From contig CM052850.1 of NCBI GenBank assembly GCA_028534125.1, forward strand, positions 26,226,001 through 26,290,000: a stretch of 64,000 nucleotides of DNA. The letters run 5' to 3'. The stretch comes from Lama glama. Taxonomy: Eukaryota. The position numbers and the translations under genes are program-made. Below are positions 1-12,558 of the stretch, in pieces. The notes below the pieces were generated by a model. The model had not been told where the DNA came from, made no database searches, and saw only the letters and a program-made list of their open reading frames with translations. Within the stretch, counting starts at the first letter, position 1; each line of letters begins with the position of its first letter.

Positions 1-59
1 TCAACTTCTTGGGCACTGCGTGCTTGTTTGTGGAAGGACCCCCTAAGGCCTGGGGACCC

Positions 60-260
60 CCGGAGACCCCAGCGCAGTCACTCCCCACCGCCGCCGCCGC
101 CGCCTTTGGAGGGCTCCAGCGAGTCCAGGCAGAGCCGGCCCCGCCCCCGGAGCCGGAGCCCCGCCCCCGCAAGGAGCCCCGCCCCCACACGGAGCCCCGC
201 CTCCACACACGGAGCCCCGCCAGGTGCTCATTGGTGAGCTGACTGACCGCGCTGCCCCGG
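60..260 (-). promoter_or_regulatory. CpG-rich GC-box/CCAAT promoter, probably of a gene transcribed leftward out of the window
   Basis: Five (GGA)GCCCCGCC(C) units at 139-221 (Sp/KLF GC boxes); ATTGG (CCAAT on minus) at 230-234; short (CCG)n run at ~88-104 typical of 5'UTRs. Direction and gene identity are inferred. Confidence 0.65.
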
Positions 261-363
261 GCTGGCGGTGCTTGGTCTCTGGTCTGCGCCCCAGCAGGCA
301 GTGGACGACGCAGCCCGAGGGGTCCGGGCCACTTCTGCTGATAAAGGGGTCCGGGTCACTCAC

Positions 364-477
364 CCATCACTTTACTTGCAGCCGCTCCAGGCGGAGCAGG
401 CTCTGTGCCGGTGTCGAGGGCACACAGTAGGCGCTGTGACCACTGATGAACGTTGACGGATAGGGGCGCCATCCGTC
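364..477 (-). other. Candidate 114-nt exon (unverified), open frame MAPLSVNVHQWSQRLLCALDTGTEPAPPGAAASKVM
   Basis: Minus strand: tcccag|GACGGATG acceptor (CAG at 480-478) and ATGG|gtgagt donor (intron starts at 363). Length is divisible by 3 with one open frame. Peptide not recognised. Confidence 0.2.
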
Positions 478-1299
478 CTGGGAGCGGACTTAAGAGTCAC
501 CTTGGCAGGTGGTGGTGGGTTTGCTGGGAGGGATGCGGCCTGGAAGGGGTGTGGGAAGCGCAGGGTCTGAGAGGAGGCTGGTGAGCTGGGGCAGCGCACG
601 GGGTCGTCATGTGGGGGCAGCACCCAGCCCTTAGGGGCCTGGAGGTCTTGAAGGGAAGGTGAAGAGAGGCAGGAGGGGGCATGGACACGTCACCCCTGTT
701 AAGTTCAGGTCCAGGAGAGAATGCTCCAGAAGTGGATGGACACGGTGCAGTGACCGTCAGAGGCAAGGAAGGGGTGCAGGAGAGAGAAGTCGGGGGACCC
801 TGGGTCTCCTCTCTCCTCCAAGCAGTTTGGAAAGATGACTGAGAGAAAACGGAAAGAGAGAAGCCAGCCTTTCGGGGGTGGGGAAGGCTGGATCTTTATT
901 TAAAAGGACCAGTCAAATTCTAACAAGCATGAGTATGTTCTCTTGGAAGATGTTGGATAGATGCCTGCAGGGGTGAGAGAAGAGCCTTCGGGACCCCAGC
1001 CACCACTCCCACCCTCTGCTCTCGGGAGGCCCTGTGGATGAGGGACACAGCAGTGGTTTCTTAGCACTGGGCTGTGGGCGGTGTGCTCACCTCCCCCACA
1101 TTCAGTTGTGAACCCTCATGATGCCAGGGCCGGGTGGCGGGGTCTTGGGTGCAGGAGGCTGTTTGAAAACAGCAGAGAAGGTGTGAAATTGGAAGCCAGA
1201 AAGTCCTGGTTTGGGAAGGTGGTAAGGACTGGAACCCCATCGTGGACGTAAACAGAAGTCTAATGATTTGGCTTCTACAGAAGCCTCATTTTTCCTTAT

Positions 1300-1590
1300 A
1301 GGAAGGGGGTGGCCCAGTTTCTGTCCTCTGTGCCTTCTCTCTTCTGCTTTCTTCCTGCTTGGAAGGCAGATGTGATGCCTGGACGTGGCACAGCCACTTT
1401 GCAGCTAGGAAGCCACAAGTAAGAGGACAGTGGAAGAGAAAGAGCGAAAAAAGCCTGCGTGCCAAATGCTGCTGCGCCAGCCTGAACCACTCGCCTCCAA
1501 GCTTTTGTTACATGGACAAAGACAGACAAACCCTGCTTATTCTGCAGTTAGGTTTTCTGCAGCTGCAGGCAATCCTGCTGGAGACATGAA
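1300..1590 (+). mobile_element. MLT1-type (ERVL-MaLR) LTR remnant, J/K-like
   Basis: cttcctgcttggaaggcagatgtgatgcctgga...cagccactttgcagc...gttaggttttctgcagctgcaggcaatcctg resembles the old MLT1 LTR 3' half as recalled. Confidence 0.6.
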
Positions 1591-1609
1591 GGTTCAAATC
1601 CTTCATGAA

Positions 1610-1760
1610 CAGGGCTGCCAGATTTAGGAAATAGAAATACAGATGCTCGGTTAAATTTGAATTTCAGATGAACAGTGAATAAGTTTTAGTATAAGTGTGT
1701 CCTAGGTGACATTTGCGACACACTTGTACAAAAATATTGTTTACCTGAAATTTGACTTTT
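1610..1760. mobile_element. MER53 palindromic hAT-type MITE, right end truncated
   Basis: Starts cagggctgccagatttaggaaatagaaatacag, then gttaaatttgaatttcagatgaacag...tagtataagtgtgtc...gacacacttgtac...tgtttacctgaaattt; the internal palindrome fits the MER53 consensus as recalled. Confidence 0.85.
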
Positions 1761-1884
1761 CATGGATGAAGTAACAGAACCCAGAGAGGTGACACATCTT
1801 GCCCAAGGGCTTGTCCGAGCAAGCGGTGGGGCGCAGGCTGGGTCCTGGGGCTCTGGGGCCCCCCTTATTTTCCTCCTGCTCTAG

Positions 1885-2018
1885 TGCCTCCAGTACTTCC
1901 TAACACCTGCCGTGATGGGCGCCCAAAGGGGTCTCGGAAAACCCACGAGGCTCGTCGCCAGGACAGAGCAGTCCCAGCTGAGGCCGGTCGGAAGACAGGA
2001 GTCGTGCAGAAAGCAGGG
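1885..2018 (+). other. Candidate exon in a CpG-elevated segment (unverified, possibly non-coding)
   Basis: Pyrimidine tract ccccttattttcctcctgctctag| ends at 1884; GGG|GTGAGT donor at 2019. ETS motif CGGAAGT at 2079-2085 and TGATTGAC at 2216-2223 nearby. Confidence 0.25.
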
Positions 2019-2864
2019 GTGAGTGGGGGAAGCTTCGGTTGCAGTTTGAGCCCACTGGGGCATTTTCGCTGCATCTGACGGAAGTACTAGCTGGAGACGG
2101 AGGATGGTTGTTCCCTGCCAACAGTGAGCACCCACCTCCGAGCAGGACTGGCTGCTAGGAGCGCCGTGCTGGGAAGGGAGCTGCGGCCTCCTCCACGCTC
2201 AGCACAGAGGCTCTGTGATTGACCAGCCACGCCGGCCACAGACTGAAAGAGGGGAGCAGCCGGGCCAGTCAGTGGCCAGTCACCCAAAGTTCCCCACGAC
2301 AGGATGCGACATGTCGGGCTTCTCAGGACCGCATTTCAGGCTGACACTCGCCAGGCCCTGTGGAGTGGCGCCACCTTCAGCGTCTCCTTGGGTCCTGGAG
2401 GAGCTCTGCACCCCCGTGAGGACGTCTGCAGAGCCTGGTGTTACCGGCGGGACACACCCGCCCCCCGGCTCACAGGCGCACCTCTGCCCCAGACGTGTCC
2501 GCTCTGCTTGCTCAGAGGTGAACTTGGGGCACCCGCCCTAGCTCCCAGGTGTGCGAGGGGCCTCGGAGGACGAAGCCTGCCCAGGCAAACACCACCGTGT
2601 ATGCGGAAGAGAGGACTCAGGGGCCCTGGTTCTCGGCCCCAGTGGCAAGGGCGGTGGGGAGCCCAGGCAGGCGGGTACCCCCCACAGCAGATCTGCGGGG
2701 GAGCCCAAAGCGAGGGTCACAGGGAGAGGGTCAGGTCACCGGGTGCCCGGGAGCACGGCCAGTGCTGGTTCCCACAGCTGCAGGAGACACGCGACGGGTT
2801 AGCGGGAGCCCTGAGGCCTGGATTAAGGCTCATCTTTGCCCTTTCTAAAAAAAAAGGAAAGTGA

Positions 2865-3120
2865 AGATTGTTTTCATTGTGGTATAACACCCAGAACATG
2901 AAATTTACCATTTTACCCATTTTAAAATGACCAATTCAGCAGTCGTCCCTGCTGCCACCAGTTGCCCCCCACCCCCACCAGCTCCTGGCAGCCCGATTGC
3001 TTTCCGTCCCTCTCGAGTCGCCTCTTGTGGACGTTCCGTACGAAGAGCGCCACGTGGTATGTGGCCCTGTGTGTCTGGCTCTTTCCACCTGTGTGATGTT
3101 CTCAGGGTTCATCCAGGCTC
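2865..3120 (-). mobile_element. L1M (L1MB-like) 3' end fragment
   Basis: ttgtggtataacacccagaacatgaaatttaccattttacccattttaaaatg and tatgtggccctgtgtgtctggctctttccac...ttctcagggttcatcca are typical of the antisense L1M 3'UTR. Confidence 0.8.
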
Positions 3121-4539
3121 CAAGCACCCCAGGCATCGTCCAGACTCTCTCTCAGCTGGCGATGCTCCAGCACCCGCTGCGCCAGGCAAACCTCAGACCC
3201 CGAAGAGAATGCCCCCACCCCCGAATCCGGAGGCCAGTATCAGGGAGTGGGCAGGGAGGCGGCAGGACTGGGTTCGAGGCCCGGCCCGCACAGAGGTCGC
3301 GGGGTCCTCGCATCTCACCATGGGGGGCAGTCCGCTTGCAGTGGTATCGGCAGAAAGAAGACGGGCTCAGTCGGCCAGTGGACGAGAGCTCCCCGGTCCC
3401 CTGGGCCCTGGTCCGTGCAGCAAGGAGGCTGCTCTCGGTCTGCTGTCCGGGTCTTCCCGATGGGGGTGTGCCCAGGGCTTTCCAGGCACCCGGGCAGGAT
3501 GGCTTGAAGGAACCCACAGGGTCCTCGACTTCCAGATTGTTCCACCAAGAAACGGGGCCTGCAGTCTGGCCACTCTGCCTTGTCACCTCTGCTTTCCCCA
3601 CCTTCCTTCTCCCCTGCAGCCGGAATCCATCAGTGCTTCGCCTCAGGGTGTAAAGACCCAGCAGGTCTCTGTGCCTCCCCGGCCTTCCTCTGATGGAAGC
3701 TCCAGTCCCAAATGAGTGACGAGAGACAGGACAGCCTACGGCCTCCTGTCTGGCCAGGCTGCCAAGGTCAGTGGCCCGCCTGGGACGTGCCTGGCTGTCT
3801 TGCTCTTTACACTGACTGGGTCCCAGACGCTGTAAGCTCGGTGTTAGTTTGCAGGAAACCCACACGTCTGGTAGAGACGTTCGCTCCACTGGCTCCGTCC
3901 GGGGCCTCAGGGTGGCGGCCGTCTTCGGGACGGAGCACCCCTGCATCCGCCCTTGACTCTCCTTTATTCCCTGCCTGGCTCCCCCAGCAATGAGGGAGAC
4001 ACAGCTCTGACACGGACTCGTATGTTCATGGGAGAATCACACTGTAACTCTCTGGGATGTTTGGGTTCGCTTTCCTTCCTGCCTTCCCACTTTCTTCTTT
4101 TCTCCCTGTCCGCCTATCCATCCACCCCCCAACGTCCATCCGTCTGCCATCCACCTGTTTACATCAGAATTGGAATTCTGAAGAGAGACAGGTGGGTCAC
4201 TTAATAACACGCCCATCTGAAGACAAGCTGACGAAGGTCAGCCCTGACAGTTCGATTTTCTGGTGACTTTCCCACCAATCAGGGTGCTAACTCTGCAGCC
4301 TCAGGGTTGTCACGAAGACAGTTCCCAAGCACGTGCACAGCACAAGGTACACTGCACACTGGACGCGTCACGACTTCTGACTGTTTATGCCGTGGTGTTT
4401 GGATGTTGCAGGCTGGCCCGTGGCACCATCATCTGGGGCCCCGTGTCCTCCTTTGGCTTAGAAGGAGGTTCGTGAAACTGCGTACAAGCCCCTGTCCTTT
4501 GAAGGGAAAGGCTTTTGCTTTAGTCTCCCAGGCCTCTCC

Positions 4540-5076
4540 TGAGTCTCAGAAGTTAATGGTTAGGAACCGTGAAGTTGTAGAAACAAGCATGGCTGTTGGG
4601 GGGGGGACACTGGCAACAACCGAGACTGAAAACCAGCCACACAGCACAGTCACCGACCTCCCAGGTCCCTGGAAGACACAGATAAAGGCCTGACACACAC
4701 TCCTCGGTTGTCTTTGCAGGAAGCAGACCCCTACCAGATAAAAACTGCTGACCGCAAGCGCGTAGACCCCAGAGCGGCTGAAACCGAAAGATTGGGTGAT
4801 GGTCGGAACTCCACCTTGATGCCCACCCACCCGAGAACTGAGCACATGCTGATCATGTCCCCTGAAGCCCCTCCCCTCCACGGCCTTTGAAAACCCTCCC
4901 CGACAGCCTCGGGGAGTTGGGGGCTTCTGTGAGCGAGCTGCCTGTCCTCCCTGCTGGGCACCTGCTGTGATCACAGCCGGCTGCCGGAGACTGGCTTTGC
5001 TGTGCGCAGGCAAGTCGTCTTCCTTGCAGGAACGGGGCGGGGGGAGCTCAGCAACCTGCCTCTGTTTACTATTACA
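4540..5076 (+). mobile_element. Solo ERV1-type LTR (MER41_BT-like, artiodactyl type)
   Basis: tctcagaagttaatggttagg...cagataaaggcctgacacacactcct...gctgaccgcaagcgcgtagacccc...ctttgaaaaccc...cggggagttgggg...gagctgcctgtcctcc...actggctttgctgtgcgcaggcaag, ending ttaca. Motif order fits the recalled LTR consensus. Confidence 0.5.
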
Positions 5077-8000
5077 ACACCCCTCCCGGGACCCCCATGG
5101 GGCCTCTGCCAGGCCCCCACAGACCCCCTGCGCCCCAAGGCCGCTCTGATGCCTGGACAGCCGCCCTGCCCTGCCTGCACAGCCCAGCTGCCGCCCTCTG
5201 CAGCCAGGGCAGCCCCACCGGGCAGACCTCTGGGCCCCAGCTCCAGATCGGCTCGGTCACATGTTCCTGGCCTTGTCAAGGGGAGGACGGGGGTGTCCCC
5301 CAGCAGCTCAGTCTCCTGACCCCTCCAGGGCAGGCTGTGGTGGCCGCCTCTGTGTGGGGAGGCCTGGAGGGGCTCAGCCAGCCAGTGGGCAGACACAAAA
5401 GTCCCCCCAGCAGCCTCTTCCTTCTAGTGTGGTGGAGGGACCGCTCAGAACCCCTTTTCTGGCTTCCTGCAGAGGAGCGGGGTTTCCCAGCGGGAGGCCT
5501 CGGGCCCACGGGCCCACTCATGCCGGACTTTCCACTGCCCAGGTCTCACATTGGAGGCCTCCCCAGAACGCAGACAGAGCAGGAGCAGGGCTGGGGTCGG
5601 GGGAGGGGCGCCATGAGTGCAGCGCAGAGCGGAGCAGGGTGGCGGGACACACCATCCAGCCTCTCCCCCCATCATCACTGCTGCACTCCCCATCACAGCC
5701 TCACCTGGGATGACGGCTGAGCCCACGTGCAGAAGGGGTAGGACTAGGTGGGCCAAGGTCCCTCGCACTCGGTGCCCAGGTGCCAGCGCCCCACTCCCGC
5801 TCACTGCCCCCGCCGGCGCTAGTTTCCGCGATCAGGGCCCCCCCTGGGAGCCATGTGCCGGCATGACCTCCAGAAACAGCGCACACCATGGCTGGACACT
5901 CAGGTACCAAAGGCCTTTCTCAACTGGAGCCCAGAGGGGTCTCTTCGTAGCCCCCTCGCCGCCTGCTTAGGCTCATGGGGCTCAGGGACAAGGCGGCGCC
6001 ACCTGCGCCGGTGCCGAGTTACCGATTATGCGGAGAGAAAACCTGAAATTGCAAAAGGATGCTTAGAATGTGTTGCTTTCATGGAACAACCGAAAACACA
6101 GAAAACCACGATGTCTCCGGGAAAGACATGCAGATAAAAGTCCGACATCGGCCCCCCTGCGCAGACGAGGACATGGGCCGGGGCTGGGGGGCCTGGCCTG
6201 CAGGGCACCCGAGCTGGGTCCGGCCCGGCAGTCTGATTTCTGTGGTTTCTGACGCCGTGGCTCCGCCCCAGGGTGGGGCAGCCGCCGAGGGCGGGGGCAC
6301 CAAATCGACAACCCCTTTTACTGCGAAGCGGAGGTGAGGGGGAGCGGGCTCTGGAGCGAAGCTGCCTGGGGTGGGGCTTTCCTCGCGTGGGCGAATTCTT
6401 TCACAGTTTAAATCAAAGATGGGCCCTGAGTCAGGGGAATGGCAGGACCGGGGAGCACAACTGGGGCCTGTCCCCTCTGTCTCCTGGGTCCTGGGGCTCA
6501 GCACCCAGGCCAGCAGGCCTGGCCATGAGCCATGTGTGAAACGTCCCCTGCTCTGGCCACCAGAGAGGAGGAGCATGGAGAAACAGTGACACTGGCTTTA
6601 ACGCTGTGTTCTGTTCCATCTGATCTCTCTGAAGTGGAAATAATTCCACATGTATTCAAGTTAAAGAGAGTTAAGGTATTTTTCATCCTGTTTTTGCCCA
6701 CAGATTTGAAATCTCAGGCCAGGGTGGCACCTTATGGACTGGCAGCCCCAGATGGTGGCAGGGCTTCGGGGCCACCCAGCCTTGTCCACACGGGGCAGGG
6801 GCAGGTGGTGACCTGAGTGAGGCTCGGGGGCGCGTCGTGGTGGTGGGTGAGGAGAGCAGTCCAGACCTTGGACGCTCGTCCGAAAGTGGGTGGTGTGGCG
6901 GGCGGGCCGGCGGGACTGGTCCAGCTGTGTCTGGGTCGCCGAGGGATGGGGCTCGGGGAAGCACCTGGCTGTTTCGGTTTCCACAGGAAGCTGCCTGTTC
7001 CCATCTCCCCTCCACCAGCTGTGCAGCCCCGGGTGGGGGCCCCGCCCGGAGAGCCCCCCAGGTGGGGACAGCCCCTCGTGCTGCAGACGAGGAAGCCTGG
7101 GCTAAGGGCCACGGCCAAGTGGGGACCCCCCAGCTGGCCTCCCAGGCCTTGGGGACAGGGTGCTGCACACCTGGGGCCATGAACAGAAACGATACTCTTC
7201 TGACTTGCAGTTTTTGTCACCTGCTTTTAGAATGTGTGGTTCCAACCCTGGGTCTAGAAAATGCCGTGGTGGTGGAGGGGTGGGGATGGATCGGACGTCT
7301 GTCTGTCTGTCTGTCTGTCCAAGCCTGAGGGAACACCAATGCAGCACCCTCCTCAGGCCCCTGAGAGACAGGAGGGACAGGGCAGAAGCCGGTGCCCGGA
7401 GCCTCCTGGTCTCCAGGCTGAGGTGCTGCCCTGCGACCCACTGGGCAGATTGTGGCCTCTCTGAGCACCAGGGCCTGAGTGCTGGGGTCCCGTGTCCTGG
7501 CCTGGTGGCTTGTTTGGAGTGGGCCTGGGAACCTTGGGCCTTTCCCTTAGTAAGAGAGCGCAGTGTGAGAAGACCCCCGTAGCCCCAGCCCTTCTGAGCC
7601 TCGAACGAGCCAGCTGGGCTGTCAGGCTGGCGTCCGAGGGACCCAGCAGCCTGGAGCAAGGTGCCCCTCCTGCTGGCCGTCCTCCTCCTCCCCTCCTTTC
7701 CCAGGGCCTGTGAAGTCGGGGCTTTCCACGACACTCAGAATGCACCCCAATTTGGGAGGGAAGGGGGAAGCTCCAGGAGCCTGAGGGTGGGAACCCTCGT
7801 TCCTCTCACAGGGCCCTCCTAGCCCGGCAAGTGGCCTTGGCCAGGGAGGGCGTGCAGGCCAGAGTCCCAGCAAGGTCCCAGGAGCAGGGAGAAAGCCGGG
7901 CCTGGGCCAGGGGTCCTCCCTTACTACCCCTCAGCCTCTCGGGGGCTGGCTCTCATCTCATGTCACAGACAAAGGCCCAAGCCTGCGGGGCCCTCGGGCA

Positions 8001-8899
8001 ATGATGGAGCCGGCTTCCAGCCCAGCCCTCCCCCCACAGCCATGATGTGGTCCAACCCACTTCCCTGGCCACAGCAAACTGAGATGGAGGTTTCGGGGAG
8101 ATGGGCCCCTACTCAGAGGGCTCATCCTCGGCGTGGCGTCCCCCCACCTCCTGTCCGCCTCGGGCCTCCTCACCCCGCACCACACGTCCTCTCCGCTGTG
8201 TTTGTGAAGCCCTCTGGGACCAGGGAAGGGGCACTGCCAGTGTGAAGGCCGGACCCCGGGCCTTGTCCTCCGCCCAGGCAGAGGACACCACAGACACTGG
8301 CTACGTCATTAGGGCAAGGACGGGTCATCCGCCCGGCCTGAGGGGCTGTGACCGGGCTGAGCCCCACCCTCTGCCATCTAATGTGGGCACCTTCGGCCCG
8401 GCCTCCCTCCAGGCTGTGAGCCCCACGGAGCAGGTGGCCCGACGCTGCTTCCTGTCAGGAAGGGACCCTTTCTGCACCTGCAGAGTGTAAGCCCCACCCA
8501 GCGGCCCACACCCTCCTCGGACCCTCAGTGGCTCGAGTAGGCACTCAGAGTCTGCGTGCACACGGGACAACAGGTTATTAACCGGAGGCAGGGCTGGCCC
8601 ACTCTTCCAGAGGCTTCAAAGCTGCCCCCACAGACGGCCCACCCGACGGCCCCACCAGGCAGGCAGCCCCACCAGCCTCCGCGGGGGAGGCACCCCATCT
8701 CGGTGTCAGCCGGGGCGCCCGGCAGCACCTGCCTCGGGGTCCCGAGCGTGGAGCAGCAGACCCCACTGTAGGCTCTCGCAGGGCTGCCGGGTGTGGCTCC
8801 CACATGGGGAGTGGTGGGCGCAGAGCCTGAAGCCCCAGCTGGGCCGTGTTTCCTCCCGGGGAGGGCAGCAGGCAGACAGGAAGGCCCCGGGCCTGCCAG

Positions 8900-9000
8900 T
8901 GACTGACCGTGCGACCTCGGGTAGGTCTCTTGACCTCTCTGATTTGTCCTCATCTCTACAGCCAGGTCAATGACATATTTGAAGGGTTATTGGGTTGAGG
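8900..9000 (+). mobile_element. MIR SINE fragment
   Basis: gtgcgacctcgggtaggtctcttgacctctctg...tcctcatct matches the MIR core. Confidence 0.55.
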
Positions 9001-12000
9001 CTGTGCCCAGGGACAGGAAGGAGTCCGGCGTGGGGTTGCCCGTCCCCCGGTCCCCGCCCTCCAGGGCCTGAGAGAGACATGGGGCAGCAGCCTCACAGGC
9101 CGCTCCTGTGTCCTGACTGTTGCTGCCCCCATGCTGCATCTCAAGGTCATGGTCCCCTTGGGAGACCTGTGCTGTCCAAGGGGCAGGCCTCCTGGTGCAC
9201 AGCCCACTCGCCACCTGAGGATTGCCCAGCCCCAAGCAGTGCCACTGAGCCCTCTGGCCTGGAGGGGAGGTGGCCGCATCTGGGGAGCTACTCTGCCATC
9301 TGCTCCCTCGGATGACAGCCCGACACCCGGCCCTCAGGCTCCAGAGCTGGGGGTGTGTGTGCAGGCACAGTGGGCACAGGGACAGGGGCAGAAAGGGGCC
9401 GTCAGCCGGTCAGGATTTCCAAGGCGACAGCACTCACCATGCTGGCGGGAGGCACCTGCCCCCTCCCTGCAGTCAGGTCACCCTGGGCTGTCGCCTCCCA
9501 GCCCTTCCCTGACCTTCCCTGGAAGTGCTGTTTGAGAGCGAGCTGGCTCTGGGCGGGGAAGCTCTCACCAGACACCGAGTCTGCGGGCAGCCTGACCTTG
9601 GCTGGCCGGCCTCCCCCCCGTGTGTGAGCCCTCGCACCATCCCGGCCTCAGGCTGCAGCGGAGGGGACCCCGGTTCCCGTGAGGATGCCTTGGGCTGGAA
9701 GGGACTGAGGGGGCCGCCTGGTCCTTGTCCCTAGGCCCAGGTCCAACTCAGCTCTCTGTGTGACCCAGTAGGTCGCTAGGACGCTCCCTGTCTCTGGGCC
9801 TCAGGTCCTGTCTGACAGCGGCTATGATGATAAACGGAGGACCCGCCACGCACTGCGGTCAGCAGGCGCGCCATGTGCGGGGCGGCCGAGTGGTCTGCAC
9901 AAGGGATGTGTTCATCCAGCAAGTGCCGGGCAGCAGGGCAGCACCACTCTGGGTGCTGAGGGGGCCGCAGCAGGCAGAGGGCGGGGCCGCGCAGGGAGGC
10001 AGCTGGTAGACAGACAGGTGACCTTGCAAAATGCCCAGTGTTCAGATAGAATCATAAACGGAAGGAGAAAGCTGCAGCGGGAACGGACCAGGCACGTGTG
10101 GTGGGGGCTGCAGCTCGAGGGAGGGCCGAGGGGAGGCGGTGGGGTGGGGGAGCCATGCAGACCCTCGGGGGGAGGTTCGCGGGGAGGAACTGTCACCCGA
10201 GCGGGGGTGCCTGGGGGAGCCAGGCCCGGCTGGAGAGCAGGGAGAGGGGTCAGCACAGGAGGTGGGCGGAGGGGAGAAGCCCTGGGGGAGATGGGGTCAG
10301 ACTCGCTGTTTCCTGGGCTTGCTCTGACGTAATGACAAAGCGATGCCCCAAAGCGCCACGAGAAGCATCTGCTCTGCTCCCTGAAAAACTCTTGGATGGG
10401 GTTGCCACTGACGCTTCCTCCCGCCTGGGCTGCCCTCTGACGGTCGCCGACTTCCCCCCACCCCAGGCTTGCCCGCTGGAAAGCATACGAGGTGTTTTCA
10501 TGATGAGGGTTCCATCAGCACCACCGCAGTCCCACCTCTGGCCCGTGAAGGACATGAGTGAGCCTAAGTCCAGGGGTGGCCCCTCTTTTCCCCTCCCCAC
10601 AGCTGCCCTGCTCCCCCCAAACCCATCCGAGTGGCTGTCTCTGGCAAGGAGCGCTGGCCGGGTTCCAACCAGCTCAGCCTCTCCCGGGCTGTGACTCCCC
10701 TGCGAAGTGAAGGCTTATGAGGTTAACACCAAGGCCTTTCTTCGCAGTTAAGATGCTTTGAGAAGTGAAAGTCTTCCTTGCCTCCTTCAGCCGCCCCCGC
10801 GGAACCACTTCCTTCAGGAAGCTGGCCCGGATTGCACCCTGACCCCTGGGGATTGCACCCTGCCCTGTGGTTCTGCCTTCCAAGCCTCTGGTTTGCTGTT
10901 GGGTGGGTGGGGAGGACATGGGTATCCAGTGTCCTCTGCTGGCCGCCCCAGGAGTCTTGCCCCACAGGCTTGTGTGATGGGGATGGTGTGGAAACTGCAG
11001 GTCTCAGGGAAAGAACGTCCCACAGTTAGCTGGTGGGGGGAAGGGGAGCCCCATTCTCCCCCGGACCTGGGCTGCAGCACAGTCCTCACTCCCCAGACTT
11101 ACTGTTGGTCCCGACACAGGCCTCGTGGGACAGAGGCTCAGTGCAGAGCCTCCATTTGCCCCAGAGCCACACCCCCTTCTCCTGTGCTCTGTGCCCTGAA
11201 GGCTGGCTTGGGGTGTTCAGGGGGCCTCAGGTGATGGGGGGCAAGAGGAGAGGGGTGAACATTCGTCCTGCCGTCTGTCCACTGTCTGGAGAGCTTCCCG
11301 ACTCCCTGGTCGGCCACAGTGTCCCCTCCTCTCCCCAGCCCTCTCTTAGCTCCTTCCTCTTCCCCACTCTTCATCCCTCAGTCCAGGAGGTAACAGCTCC
11401 CAGATTTCTGTGCTGTCCTGGCCGCTCTGTTTGACCTTTGTCAGTGGTTCCTCATCAAGCATCCACACTCCGTTGCCCCGTGGTTGTGTTGCCAGTTTCC
11501 TGCCAGGACCCACTGTTCTGCAGGGCTTCTGGGCTGCCCTTCTACCCTCTATGGGCCCCCATGCCCGTCTGGCCCTGCATCCATCCTGCAGGGTCAGCAG
11601 ACTGGGGCTCAATCACACCTCTGCTCTTGCCTGCTGTGTGCCCCTCAGAACCTCAGTATCTTCTTCAGCGACGGCAGGCACAGCAGCATGTGGGGCTTGG
11701 CCGCCCTGAGCCGCGACCTGACACAGGCGACTCCAGTGTTCTGTGGTCAACCAGAGGGGGAGCGGGAGGTGGAGACAGGCTGGCAGGGCGAGCAGAGCAG
11801 GGACAGGATTGCCGCCCTGCATGGAGCGACGGTGCAGAAGAAATCAAACGAACAAGCACTCACAGTGCTTCACGCAGACACGCGGGTGGACGGCCACCAC
11901 GGGGCTCTGTCCTCGGTCCTGCACTCAGAGCGGGGCTGTGAACTCCGACGCCCTCCTGGGCACACTCCTACCCTAGATGGCCTGGGACTCCTTGTGTGAA

Positions 12001-12249
12001 CGCATCAGTGTCCACAGCTGACCATCTCCCGACAGGCCCAGGGGCCTCAGCTGTGTAGAAAGTGGGGCAGTGGGTGATTGGGGCAGAGACCATGAGGGCT
12101 TCTGGTAGCCTGGCTCCCCTCTTGCACCCTGTGGCCCTGGAGGCCACGTGCCCAAGCCCTCGCCGTGACTGACAGACACAGCTTGCAGGCTCTGGGTCCC
12201 CTCCCTCCAGTTCTGCTGCCTGGAAAGCAGACAGGACGGTTGGAGCTCT

Positions 12250-12558
12250 GGGTGACTGGGGTCACTGTAAATCCAAAGGCAAGTGTCCTCATTGGAAGAG
12301 GAGAGGACACAGAGACACAGAAGGGAAGCCATGTGGAGATGGGGACAGGCTGGGGAGCTGCGGCACAGCCAAGGACGCCCGGAGCCCCCAGGAGCGGGCA
12401 GAGGCAGGAGGGACCCTCCCCCGAGCCCCCGGAGGGAGGGGGTCCTGCCCACATGCGGGTTTCAGACTCTGGCCTCCAGACCGGGCGGGAGTGGACTTCT
12501 CTTGTTGTAAGCCGCCTGGTTTGTGGTATTTTGTTAGTGGCCCCAGAGCATTGACACA
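12250..12558 (+). mobile_element. MLT1 (B/C/D-like) LTR
   Basis: taaatccaaaggcaagtgtcctcattggaagagga...cagccaaggacgcccggagcc...tcagactctggcctccaga...ttgttgtaagccgcctggtttgtggtattttgttagtggcccc, ending tgacaca. Confidence 0.85.
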
